DNA of 26,305 nucleotides from Ancylonema sp. (Eukaryota): contig JBFLGF010000099.1 in assembly GCA_050230475.1 (NCBI GenBank), positions 62,001 to 88,305 on the forward strand, written 5' to 3'. A model generated the notes under the pieces. That model was not told the origin of the DNA, did not search any database, and was given only the letters and a program-made list of their open reading frames with translations. Within the stretch, counting starts at the first letter, position 1. Each line of letters opens with the position of its first letter. Of this stretch, positions 8,430 to 19,400 are shown in pieces. Both the position numbers and the translations under genes were made by a program.

Positions 8430-10999
8430 ATGAGGAAGGTCTCGCCCCATACCCTTCCGAGCCTCCACCACATATTCCCATGCAACCGCCCATTCCGCCT
8501 TCACCCCCTCCTCCCCCCCCCACCACCCCCTCCACAATACCCTCCACCAGTAGAGACCCCGTCACCCCCCTTACCAGCACCTCCCGATACGGGTGTGTAT
8601 AGAACGCGACAAGAGTTGGCATCATTCTTACAAAACTTTGTTGTTAGCCATGGCTACGCTATTACCACGCACTCTTCGGCTAGAAGTGCTTACGTTCAAT
8701 ATCACTGCGATCGTGGTGGGCATTACCGTAATCGTCTCAATCTTAATGAGGATTCCCGTCAGCGTAGAAGACGTACACGTCTTCATCGTTCACGATGAAA
8801 AAATAATATCATGTTACACGAGTAAGTACTTTCATCTAGGATCCACTGCTAGCAGTAGAGTAGAAGGCGCTCATGCTATGATGAAAGGGTATTTGAGTAC
8901 TTCTTCTCATGACTTGTTCGCTGCAGTTGTGTTGATTGGTATCGCGTTGCTCAACCAAGCAACCGAAATTGAGGTGGGGATAGCTCGGTCTAAGATAGAA
9001 CGCCCCCTCTCCCTCCGCTCCGAATTCTTCTCATCGGTCCTCGGGAAGATTTCTAATTTTGCTTTGGAAAAGGTAATGGCCCTGCATCGCATATTTTTAC
9101 CATTGATGAGTATTGTTTTACATAATTTATATTTTGTTTTATTTCCCCCCCCCCCCATCGTTTTTATTTTTTTTTAGGTGCGACTTGCGTCCAAAATTTC
9201 AGAAGACAACAGGCCTTGCACATGCGAAGAAGGCGCAGCCTGGGGGTTCCCGTGCCCTCATTTCATTCGTGAAATGATTGCGGCCCGGTACAACATACAA
9301 GTCAAAGACTTCCACGACTTCTGGGCGTGGTGCACACGCCCCTTGACTGTCCCGGATGTACAGACCCCTACAGAGTGGGAAATTCTTTCCGAAGTCGTTT
9401 AACACGCTCACTTGGTCGCAGACAAACCTCACAGGGACTTCCTCGAATAGAAAGCACTAGACGCTCCAGTCCGCACTCTAAAAGAGCCGCGGGGAGCAAA
9501 GGCTCCAGGTCGCCCAAAAGCACAAAGCACGAAACGTAATCCATCCGCGTTCGAATATGTTATCCCCCCTCCACGGCAAAACAAATGTTCTACATGCAAC
9601 AAACCCAGCCATAATCACGGCACTTGTCCATTACTGGTAAGATATAAAATTCCATACATGCAGCTATAATTTCATATACAATTTTTGACGCAAGAATGTT
9701 TTTTTTTTTTTTTTTTTTTTTTTTTCCACTTTGGTTGGGGCTTCAAATAGAGAAAAGAGACACATGGAAGCCAACCCAAAGACCATGTCCCGCGATCATC
9801 CGAGGAGCCATCGAAGGCACAAGATGATGACGTTTTTGTAAGTGAATAAAAAACGCAGGATATTTGCTATGTAATGCAAAACATCAAAATAAAAACAAGT
9901 TTTCATGTAATGGGGAATCGGATATTATTGCGGCACTTGTCTATCAATATTAAATGTACAAATCAATTTATGCAGATATAATAATAATGAGTTCCTTTTT
10001 TTTTTTTTTTTTTTTTTTTGGTGGGGGGGGGGGGGGTTGGACCTTCAATCAGAGGGAAGATACACATGGAAGCCAACCAAAGGAGCATGTCCCGGGATTT
10101 GTTGAGGAGCCATCGAAGACACAAGATGATGACGTTTTTGTAAGTCGATAAAAACGCATGATATTTGCTATATAATTGAATACGTTAAAATTAATTTAGC
10201 CAAAGATGATGGCGTTTTTGTAAATCGATGAAAGGCACGTGGAAATCGCTATTTAAAAAAACACAACCAATTCAGGTAAGGGGCAGTGTAACATAAAAGA
10301 CTTTTTATTTTTTTCATTTTATCGTCATTCATGAACTCTTGTTGAATTATTTTTCACTCTTTTACTCAGTGTATGATACAAATCACAAAGACAACGACTA
10401 CTTCATCTATATATGTACCTCTACCGTTCAACGAGATTCTGAGTACGTCAACCAATGTGGAGAATGCCGGTCATTGCGGATTTCGCGCAATTGCTTTGGC
10501 CGTCATTGGAGATGAAATATATTGGCCCCAAGTTAGAGGTGCCATGATAACTCACTTGCAGGATCGGTCTATACTCTTCCAGTACCTTTGAGGCACAGCA
10601 AGGTTCGAACGGATATCCGCAGCCTTGGATTGCTTCACTATGCCAACCCCCCCAGAAAACTGGTTCACTGCACGAGACATGGCACTTCTCGCGGCCGATC
10701 TATACCGACGTCCGGTTGTGTTTCTCGGGCATGCTTTCGGCTTTTGAATGACCCTTCTACCATACCGACCCGATCAATTTTTGAATCTCCCAATCGTACT
10801 CGTTCACAAAAACGGAAACCATTTCCACATGGGGAAATTAATTCACACTCACTTGCCTCCCGTGGACCCGGAATGGCTCGAAAAATTAGGAATGTTTCCC
10901 GACCTCATTCCAGTGTATGACCAAGTGTTCCATCCAGTAAAACGTTGGGAGGTCTTTCGAGATCGGTATATTGACCTTTTTGAGGCTCGTGCTTCCTAG
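8430..10999 (+). pseudogene. MULE transposase pseudogene (FAR1-like N-terminus, truncated DDE, SWIM, CCHC knuckle) with C-terminal OTU-like protease domain
   Basis: HGYAITT..YHCDRGGHYRN..RRRTRL (FAR1-like) joins, across a frameshifting junction near 8783, to YFHLGSTASSRVEGAHAMMKGYL (C-terminal catalytic E). Intron 9073-9177. SWIM CTC-x9-CPH at 9217-9261; GRPK..STKRNPSAFE; CSTCNKPSHNHGTC at 9586-9627. 87-bp exons at 9751-9837 and 10053-10139; final exon 10370-10999. Stops at 9400, 9448, 10589 and 10745. Start codon approximate. Confidence 0.88.
10370..10999 (+). pseudogene. OTU-like cysteine protease domain exon of the MULE gene
   Basis: Single frame with two TGA stops: VENAGHCGFRAIALAV..WPQVRGAM...NWFTARDMALLAADLYRRPVVFL..PIVLVHKNGNHF. 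Cys codon 10475-10477 and His codon 10820-10822 fit the OTU (D)GxC-F-RA and HF/HY motifs. Confidence 0.8.
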
Positions 11000-11949
11000 G
11001 CTCCAATTGAGGCAACCTAGGTTGAAATTCTGAGTCAAAGGATTTTATTTATTTATTTTGGTGTCCGATTTGTATTCCGTGTTTTACAAAGATTTTGAAA
11101 TAGCTGAACAGTGAGTGTGCATTTGATAGAGCCCTTTGGTGGTATAGGGATGATTGTGGAACGTCATATTCGATGTTGGACATTGTATCGGGGTATTGCA
11201 AGCGTGTGAGTTGTTTCAATATATAAGCATGTTTTCATTACGAGGTACAAAATGTAATGTATTACATTGTACGGGCCGGTTGCAATTTACATTACATGTA
11301 CGCCGCCAATAATTGGTAAGAGATGCACACATATCTCTTCTCGGTAACCTTGCTAATTAGATGCGTTGATTTTCATATTGGAAGAGTCTACAAAAAAAAA
11401 AATATTTACCATTGTGATTTACTTTTATTTTTATCGGAGATGATGGACGTTATTATCCCACAACATTTACTTGAACGAGTGCATCATTGTTTATTTTTTT
11501 ATTTTTTTAAATTGATTTGCAATGCCAATAAACAATCCATATGTTGTCTATAAATTGTACTAAAAATACGGTACAATGCACTCAATCTTGTAGCGCAATA
11601 GACGGAACGATTCCGAACATTTGTACATGTGTCATGTGTGCTTACCTATTGTTGCTAAGTTTATTTACCGTAGGGGTAGTGTAAGTTTATTATTACATTA
11701 TTTGATCGGAATAGCACAACCACACAATGATGAATCGTGTTCATATTCATTTCCTGGGCTTTCCTTTTTTTTTCCGAACTCTACATTTACGATAACATAG
11801 TACTTCTCGCACCGCTTTAAAAATTACGTATCCCGGCTTCCCAATCTAATTTCTCTGAAGCTATTTCATTTCCGGTGCAGTCTCGCAGTCCTTATAAACC
11901 GAAACAGCCGTACCAAAACCCGTAAACAATTCAATACCCCTCTAATCTA

Positions 11950-12252
11950 CCAACTTCCCTCTGCCCCCCGCCGAGTCGACCCTTGGACAGCATGCTGGGT
12001 CATGACCCCGTCGATCGTAACCTCCAGTAACCAAGCGGATATCTACAGGTCGAACACCGATTTCTGGTACTGGCGTAAGCGATAGCCACGTCATCCACCT
12101 AGATTCTGTTAATTCTTAAATAAAGGCCGTACTACAGGTCGACGGCCCACAAGCCACCATGTCCTTTCGAGCTGCATCTACGGTCCCCCGTAAGTCCTGT
12201 CGGGGGAATCTGCTTTGGCATTAAGAACAATGTTTTGGCAGTACGAGCTGCC
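11950..12252 (-). repeat. Right terminal inverted repeat of MULE
   Basis: Reverse complement of 2210-2512, followed immediately by the TSD TTGGAAGAA. Confidence 0.95.
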
Positions 12253-15200
12253 TTGGAAGAACCGAGCATCCGAGCCCAAACCTCGAGCCACTTGAGCTCC
12301 GAGGCTTGGGCTCCGGAATGATGAGCCCGGAGGCCGGAGCCCAGAGCATATGCTTGGGCACCTTACATAGATTGGGATGGGGAAGGTTAATACTACAGCC
12401 TCTAACTATAAGTTGTTAATATTGTTAAGTCAGGTTTAATAATGGGCCGGAAAAACGCACCCCAATTATTCTAGAAAATAGTAGCTCCAATATCTTAGGT
12501 CTAAGAATATAATCTTCCATTCTTAGGGCCTAATATCATAAGTTTAGGGCCTAATTATGAATTGCTAGGCCCCATGGAACAGAGTGTGGAAAAGAAAACG
12601 GGTGTCGAGTTATTTTAGAAGCATCTCAGTTAGAAATTCAGATGAGACATATTGGTCCTCCCAATCTGTAATGAATGTGGGCACATTAACGATAAGTTAC
12701 TCTACCATTCCGACCTGGGATTTCCCCATAGAAGGTATGTATGGTTACGTCAATCCACCGTAGAATTCATAATAGGGAGGAACTTTTGTAGTTACGAAAA
12801 GGTTGATGCCGTTGTATTATAACGTATAGTGGGAATTTCCGTATAAATCAATCGTAAAATATTGTTCCCAGTGTTTTTGGGGTTGTACTATAATTGCTTT
12901 CTATGTTTTATTGTAATGCACTTTCATCATTGCTTTATCATTACTTGAGCCTTAGTTTTAGAGGTGTCTCACCTTCGAAATAAAAATAAAAATTTATATG
13001 TGACAACGTGGTTGTTGTACGCAACAACGATACACAAACGAGTAACAATTGTGATGTAAAGTTTGTGGTCCTTTTTTTGGTCATACCATCGCCCCTGTCC
13101 AAGTTCTTATGGTGACACCGACGTGCCATTATTAAATTAGAAGAGGTTTACTTCAATGAACGCAAAAAGGATTGGGAGTAAGTCTTCTTTCGTATTTTCA
13201 ACTTGGAATCATTGTATTTTTGTATTATATGCCACGATACGTGTTCCCGGAGTTTTCTAGGGTTCCGTTGAGGTGTGGAAAACTACTCATTCAAATGGAT
13301 CGATGAAAAACAAACCATTTCACGAGAATTACTTTTCCACAGATGTCGCTCTTGCAACAAAAATATAAGTAATGTATGAGTTTTTCTAGTGTTTAATGAC
13401 TATTTGTTGATATTTTATTACTCGTTTTATGTCAATGTGAACTACCTTCATTGGTGTCCCGCACCCATGCCAAAACTACAACAACTAACCGTTTCCGGAT
13501 GTTGCATGTAAACAATCCGTGTGCTAACATGACGATAACTATCATGACCGAAAATTGGGTTAAATCTTCGTAACTTATAATTGTTGACTCGGGGTGATCG
13601 GCGTTGAATTTTTACTAAAGAATGATGTATGAAATGAATTATTAACATTCTCGCATTTTACCCCTACTTATATTATTAATTACCTTATTAATTACTGGTG
13701 GATTTTTCAGGGCCTAAAAATCCAACCCCATGCATATATGTCCTAGTTGTGCTAGTTCATTGCAGTACATGCGAAGAGAAGTTGAAACCAACTCGGCGCC
13801 TATATGGAACTCGCTGCAATTCATTGTCAACAAGATTATCCCGGCTCTTGCTCCTACGGTTGTTGTTGTTGTTGGGAGATAACGGTTCATACGAGCTTTT
13901 GTTGAAGCTCTGACTGTGGCATTTTTATTGCGGGGAAGGAACCGCAGTGTTCGAACATAGGTTCGACGTACCCAAAATATTATAAGCCACTGGTGTGAAT
14001 GCGAAGAAGGCACGCATCGAAACCTCAAGGGGCATAAGGTTTACGCATGTATATTTTTTTCGGTGTTTTTCTTTAATGGTTCAGATGATCACTTTTGTTT
14101 CCCTTGAATGTCAAGGTATTTTTATGGAGCACACGAAAATAATGACACGACAATGACACGCCACGTATCTACCGAGAGTTTTCACCGCACCGTAGCGCCT
14201 TCGTCTCTTGACAGTCACACCGCTCATAGAGTCGGTTTGCTGACTCGATAATCTTTGAGCTACACGTGCAAATCGTCCGTAAATTTGAAATGGAGGACGC
14301 CGCGAAGCTTTTAGCCGTGTGACCGAATCCAAGAAATCAGTGCGAGGTATTATAGTGCTTTTAGGCCAAGTTGTAGCAGGTATCTATGATTCGTGGCTGG
14401 GATACATGCTCGCACCTTTGCTTGGGCCTCGTGAGCCTGCGCTCTACGGCGGCGTGTGGAAAGAAGGTATAAGTGGTCCTCGAGTATTCGAACTTAGTAG
14501 CAGAAAGTAAGTGGTAGAAAGTAGCCAAGTCGTTGTGTAAGGATGATGTAGAATACTCTATGATAATTTAATGAAACGTCATATATGCTTGTTTGATTTT
14601 GTGAGACATTTTGCACTTGCACACAAGTCCATAAAATCAACTTAAGAACACTAATTCTCTGGATATGGTCTATAAAATTGGGACGGAAAATCGGGTATTC
14701 TGGTTGAACACAAATCATTGCCCATCTTTTTGACTTGAGGCGTGCCAACGCTGTCTAAATTTTGCTGCCACCTTGAGACTTTCACATACTAGATCCGGAC
14801 GCGAATACTAAAGAAGTAGAGATGACCTTCTTATTCCTTCCGATTTTGATGAAATCCCCACTCGAAGTTAAATGCCATGAATTACATTAAATTATGTTTT
14901 CGTTGTTCATTTTTGAATGCTTAACTTGAATATGTATAGAGATGTGTGAACCTAAGGTACGTTCTTATAAAGGGGCACAATCATACATTTGTAGGTAGTC
15001 CTTCCTTATAGAAACTTGACGTTTGCAAAAAGAAGCATGCTTGACCCTTCATCGTGTCTCTACATGACGTAGATACGTTTTCAATGTACAAAGGAGTGAG
15101 GCTACCTTCTCAGAAAGAGGACGTCAATGGAGAGATATTTTATCGTCGGGAGGAAGAAATCGATTTCAAACCATGGATGTTACATCAACAACACTCACAA

Positions 15201-17159
15201 GTGGACTAGCGCAGATTGCAATGGCTCTCGATAATTTGTAACATAATTTGTTTAGATCTCAGATTTGAGCTAGTATAAGTTTAGGGTAACCCTTCGTAAA
15301 CTGTTTGCTTTTTCTAGCGAGCTTGTTCAAGAAATCGCATTATCCCTTGCGCAAGTAGATGTAAACACCTTTGTTACCATTGTTATCATGTGTTGTGAAA
15401 CCACTTATGTAATTAAAGCATCCGCTTCCATATATGGTCTCAAGATCTTGACTTATTTATCAATCGGCACATTGATACAGTCCGTAGTGCACTTACAATC
15501 TGCATTTCTTTTTGTAACTTGGTTGGTTACCAAATATTGCGAAGGGGGTGCGGAGTATAGCCCAACCAAGTTGGGATATACGTGAAAGGGGTAGAAGTAG
15601 TAAGGAAAGGTTGGAAAGAAACGAAATTACACTGTAAAATAAGAATTGGGTTGAATAATATCGATCTCTTTTTCACAGACTTCATATGATATAGATTTGT
15701 TATTCATTTATTGGGTTGTCGCTTAAGTTCCTTGGTTTGGTATATTTTGGTGTCACTCTTTGGTCCGAATTCTCAATAATTGTTATATCTTCCAACTATC
15801 ACTGTATTAAAAGACAACCAATCAGAATAAAACTACACATGAAAATAAAGATGACCCCGTGATAAAGATCCCAACCCCGTGTTGTCGCGATTATTTGTGA
15901 GGACAATCATTCAGCCAAGTTGGGGGCATTTCTAATCAGTGCAGCATGTATTCACGCTTTTCATAGATCCCTTCCCTACATACCTCAATTGATGTAGGTT
16001 TGATAGCTTTTCATGGAGTCGCATCAACGCATCAGTGTGATGTGGCAGCTACACATTTCTTTTACATTGTTACATCAATTCACTTTCTCACCCCAATTTC
16101 TTCTTACATATTGTGGCAATTCTTATTGTGCATGCAAGCTTACTTGTTTCACTTAAAAGCGATACTTGGTAAGGATACTTGCTTGAATATTAATTGAGTC
16201 TACGATATGGATGAGGAGGTATAGGCATTCGCATTCCTTAGCAGTAAGACGTGAGTGTGGATCAATATGTACATTTTTGTAAGGATGTTGTTCCGTGTGT
16301 AGAATCCTTCATGAGTTTATGATGAATGTATCATTGTTTTTGTGGGACGATTTTTTGTGCACACTAAACCACAATACAACAACTCAAAGGCCCTAAATAT
16401 TGAGATGTATTTCAGCTTTATGATATGAGTTATATGATATTGGATGGAAAGGTCGAGTACTTTGGTCGAAAACAAATGACACTACTATTAATGACTTGAG
16501 GCGTGCAACATATGTCAAAACTTAATGCCACGTGAAGACTACGTGACGTATTGGATTCTCTCACGAACGCTACCATGCAAAGAGAGTCAACCATTCGTGT
16601 TCTTCCGGTTTTGTGTTGCGAAAAAAATGTATAATCCTCAACTTACTCGAATACCATCATTTGCATAATATTGTGTCGTTATCATTCCTTTTCAATGTGT
16701 AAACAAATGCGTCGACCATGGAAACATATACTGACGTTATTATATACTTGAAGGTGGTCCATTATTATTGTAGCATTCCAGAGCAACAATTCCGTTATAA
16801 TGGATGTAAGAATGGCGAATGGCGAGATTTTATTTTCGTTGAAATTGACACTCCAAATAACTTTGTTAAACATTATCAAGACATGCTTTTGTATTCGATT
16901 TCGTGCTGAGTTTGCGCTCATGAGCGCATTTTACGTTCATGGATTCCTTTTGCGCTCATGAGCGCCATCTTGCGCTCGTATAGTCGCACCGCAGTTCGCA
17001 TTGGGTTCCAATGCCCTCCCCTATATGTGGTCAACACCAACTCCCAAGGGACGTGAGTAAATGCTCCTACCTTGCAACATGACTTTTTCGCAACTGTCCA
17101 CGTTATCCCCCAAGTAGTTTTCAAGTGCCCGCAAATATTATTGAACGATGATGAAGTGA

Positions 17160-17240
17160 TCGATCATCGAGTCATCGATAAATCGAGTCATCGATTCATC
17201 AAGTCAACGAGTCATCGATTTGAGTCATCGAGTTATCGAT
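17160..17240. repeat. Short imperfect tandem repeat of (ATC)GAGTCATCGAT
   Basis: GAGTCATCG motif recurs about 5-6 times. Confidence 0.8.
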
Positions 17241-17404
17241 TACTTCTTACGACGTGAAATATTACTGGAAGTACAAGTACAAGTACAAGTAACTTGTTTT
17301 TGATATTCTACACCTTGTTGTTTCGCACTGAAGTGCAAACGTCCAAAGTAATTTTCTTGTCATTGATTCTACAAATGTGACTAATGAGACGATTTATTTT
17401 TTTG

Positions 17405-17625
17405 ATAGCGCGAGGGGCGGCCGAGGCGGAGGCAGGCGCAACAAAATACGAAGGTGGTGGGGAAGTGGGCTTGTGGCGGGGCGCAATTGGGCGGTGGCAT
17501 CACCCTCAAGTTGCGTTGTTTTTTTATGCGATAGTCCCGATCGCCTCAAACCGGACTTTCCATATCAACAACTTGCTTTCAAATTCTGCCACGCTATCGG
17601 CCACCTCAAGGTAATTTGTCGTAAC
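17405..17625 (+). pseudogene. Decayed RGG-rich plus double zinc-knuckle fragment (Gag-like relic)
   Basis: RGGRGGGRR followed, after removing one T from the T7 run at 17519-17525, by RCFLCDSPDRLKPDFPYQQLAFKFCHAIGHLKVIC. The spacing fits two tandem CX2CX4HX4C knuckles with three ligands mutated. Confidence 0.5.
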
Positions 17626-18119
17626 GGGAGTGCGCCAATGGCATCGACATAGAAGAAAGGCAAGTAGAGATTCAAGTCCAAGAGATTCAAGTAGTCATCC
17701 AATGACGGGCACCCTTGGAGAAACACACGAGCTTCGTTAGAGCGAATGAGGAAACAAAGATCCGAGACGGGTGTATCTTTTATCCGGAGGTGCTTGTATG
17801 AATTGTCGAGCCTTTCAAACTTTCCCTCGATTTGGGGGTCTTGCTACACATCGTGAGGTGCGCTGCGTGCTATATTTTTCATTTTTATAATATGAGTTAG
17901 AGCCGTGATTTGCGGATGTTTCTTGTGAAAACGTAGTAACTCCACACCCGCCTAACTTCATGGTGTAACTCGCAAACTTTACAGGGAAAGGGACTCGATT
18001 GTTTGACATTATGTTCATTAAAACACAACACTTGCACACGAGATCTTGATCGAAGTGTCCTTAAATGTTGTTATACGCACCAACAACTCACGTTCGCATA
18101 TGGGGTGTTGAGGTATATA

Positions 18120-18884
18120 CCGTCCCGGCCAGGTTTATAGCCCCACTATTTCGAAAAAACAAATACCGTAGTGGCCATGCATAATGACCCGGGTTTTAAG
18201 AAACGAATTAATTTGACTAAAAAACCACCACTTGATCCAACCCGCGCACCCACTATAAAATTTCTAAAAATCCTGTTTTTTTTTTATTATCGGGTGACCC
18301 ACATTATAGAATGACCCACTTCTTTTTTAAAAAAACGAGTTATTTATTTTGACCCGACCCACCATTCTCATAATTATTTGCGGGTCATTGTGTGTGGCCA
18401 GTACGGTAGTTTGCGTTAGCCCGACCCCATGGCCATAGCCTCGTACCAATTTTTTATGAGGCCCCACCATCAGCCCCACCCCATTTTTGGCAATCATTTT
18501 CGTTGCCAGAGCAAAGATAAGGCCCCACTAAATTATCGGGGTAGTGGGGTTTGCTCCATTCAAATTAATGCTAAAATCTTGTAATATACGCCCCTTCTAG
18601 ATGGGCTCCCGCCAAAAAGCCCCCATCTCCGGGCCGCAACCCGCAACCCGCAGCCCGTTGACCGGCTCGTAGGCAGCAGCCATTACCGGATTCGGGGGTG
18701 GGAGATCACATGAGGCGAGCAGCGTAGACGGAGTGACAACGATTTAGGATCACCGGATAAAGCCCCAGGCGGGAAAATTGCCCAAATTTACCGGCCCCAA
18801 TTTACATTTTTTTGTATTAATTTCCTTGCCCCGCCCAAACACTTTGGTGATTATTTCCCGGGGCTATGAACTGGGCCGGTAAGG
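18120..18884. mobile_element. Degenerate non-autonomous TIR element hosting a MITE
   Basis: CCGTCCCGGCCAGGTTTATAGCCCC (18120-18144) versus the reverse complement of 18860-18884, CCTTACCGGCCCAGTTCATAGCCCC: 20/25 match. No clear TSD. Confidence 0.5.
18166..18406. mobile_element. Tc1/mariner-pogo-type MITE, 241 bp
   Basis: TA|CCGTAGTGGCCATGCATAATGACCCG ... CGGGTCATTGTGTGTGGCCAGTACGG|TA: 26-bp imperfect TIRs with TA on both sides. Confidence 0.8.
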
Positions 18885-19400
18885 TTGTGTCAACGAAGGG
18901 GCGAGTCATGATGAGAGCATTGAGCCAATATCAAATTTTGACGTGCTTGTTGCATGACCATTCACATCTGCCATTAACACAACAATAATACAACGATGCA
19001 CTATACCATCATGGAGTGTTACATGTATCACTCTAGTACGTATGACCAATGTATTCGACATGTGAGCCACGCATTTGTAACTTCAATAAGGTACAACGGC
19101 TCCCCACAACAATTCCGCCACCCAACATTGTGAAGGCATGCAAATGCCTAGTAGCCCACATACACCATAACCTAATACCGATCCCTTTCGTTGCAAATTG
19201 TCCAAATGATCCAACATATGCACCAAGCCTAAAGACCACTCTAGAGACCACAACCATCTCAGAACAAAATTCTTACATTGACCACGAATTATGAGTGCCA
19301 TGGCCGGAGTGCAAACAGTAACGTACAAGTAGTCGCACCCACCATCTATTGATGCACACTCCCAAGTCTCCCATGGTGCCAAACATAAAATGATACTTCG

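Larger units (their letters stand above)
2210..12252 (+). mobile_element. Non-autonomous Mutator-like DNA transposon (MULE), 10,043 bp, carrying a nested retroelement
   Basis: 303-bp TIRs at 2210-2512 and 11950-12252 (about 8 mismatches by eye, G-starting GGGAGCTC/GGCAGCTC). Perfect 9-bp TSD TTGGAAGAA at 2201-2209 and 12253-12261. Internal MULE transposase remnant. Long TIRs with a 9-bp TSD are diagnostic of Mutator. Confidence 0.95.

Noticed and set aside
2139..12365. hAT-like MITE (TAGGGGTG...CACCTTA) as the MULE host
   Set aside because: The candidate TIRs match poorly and there is no 8-bp TSD. Only the shared GAGCCC motifs are supported.
13905..13935. SDCGIF peptide resembling the Ulp1 protease catalytic motif
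   Set aside because: No upstream PQQ or HW motif, and stops nearby. A short chance match is likely.
17160..17240. CRISPR-like repeat array
   Set aside because: Units are short and irregular without unique spacers, the context is eukaryotic, and there are no cas genes.
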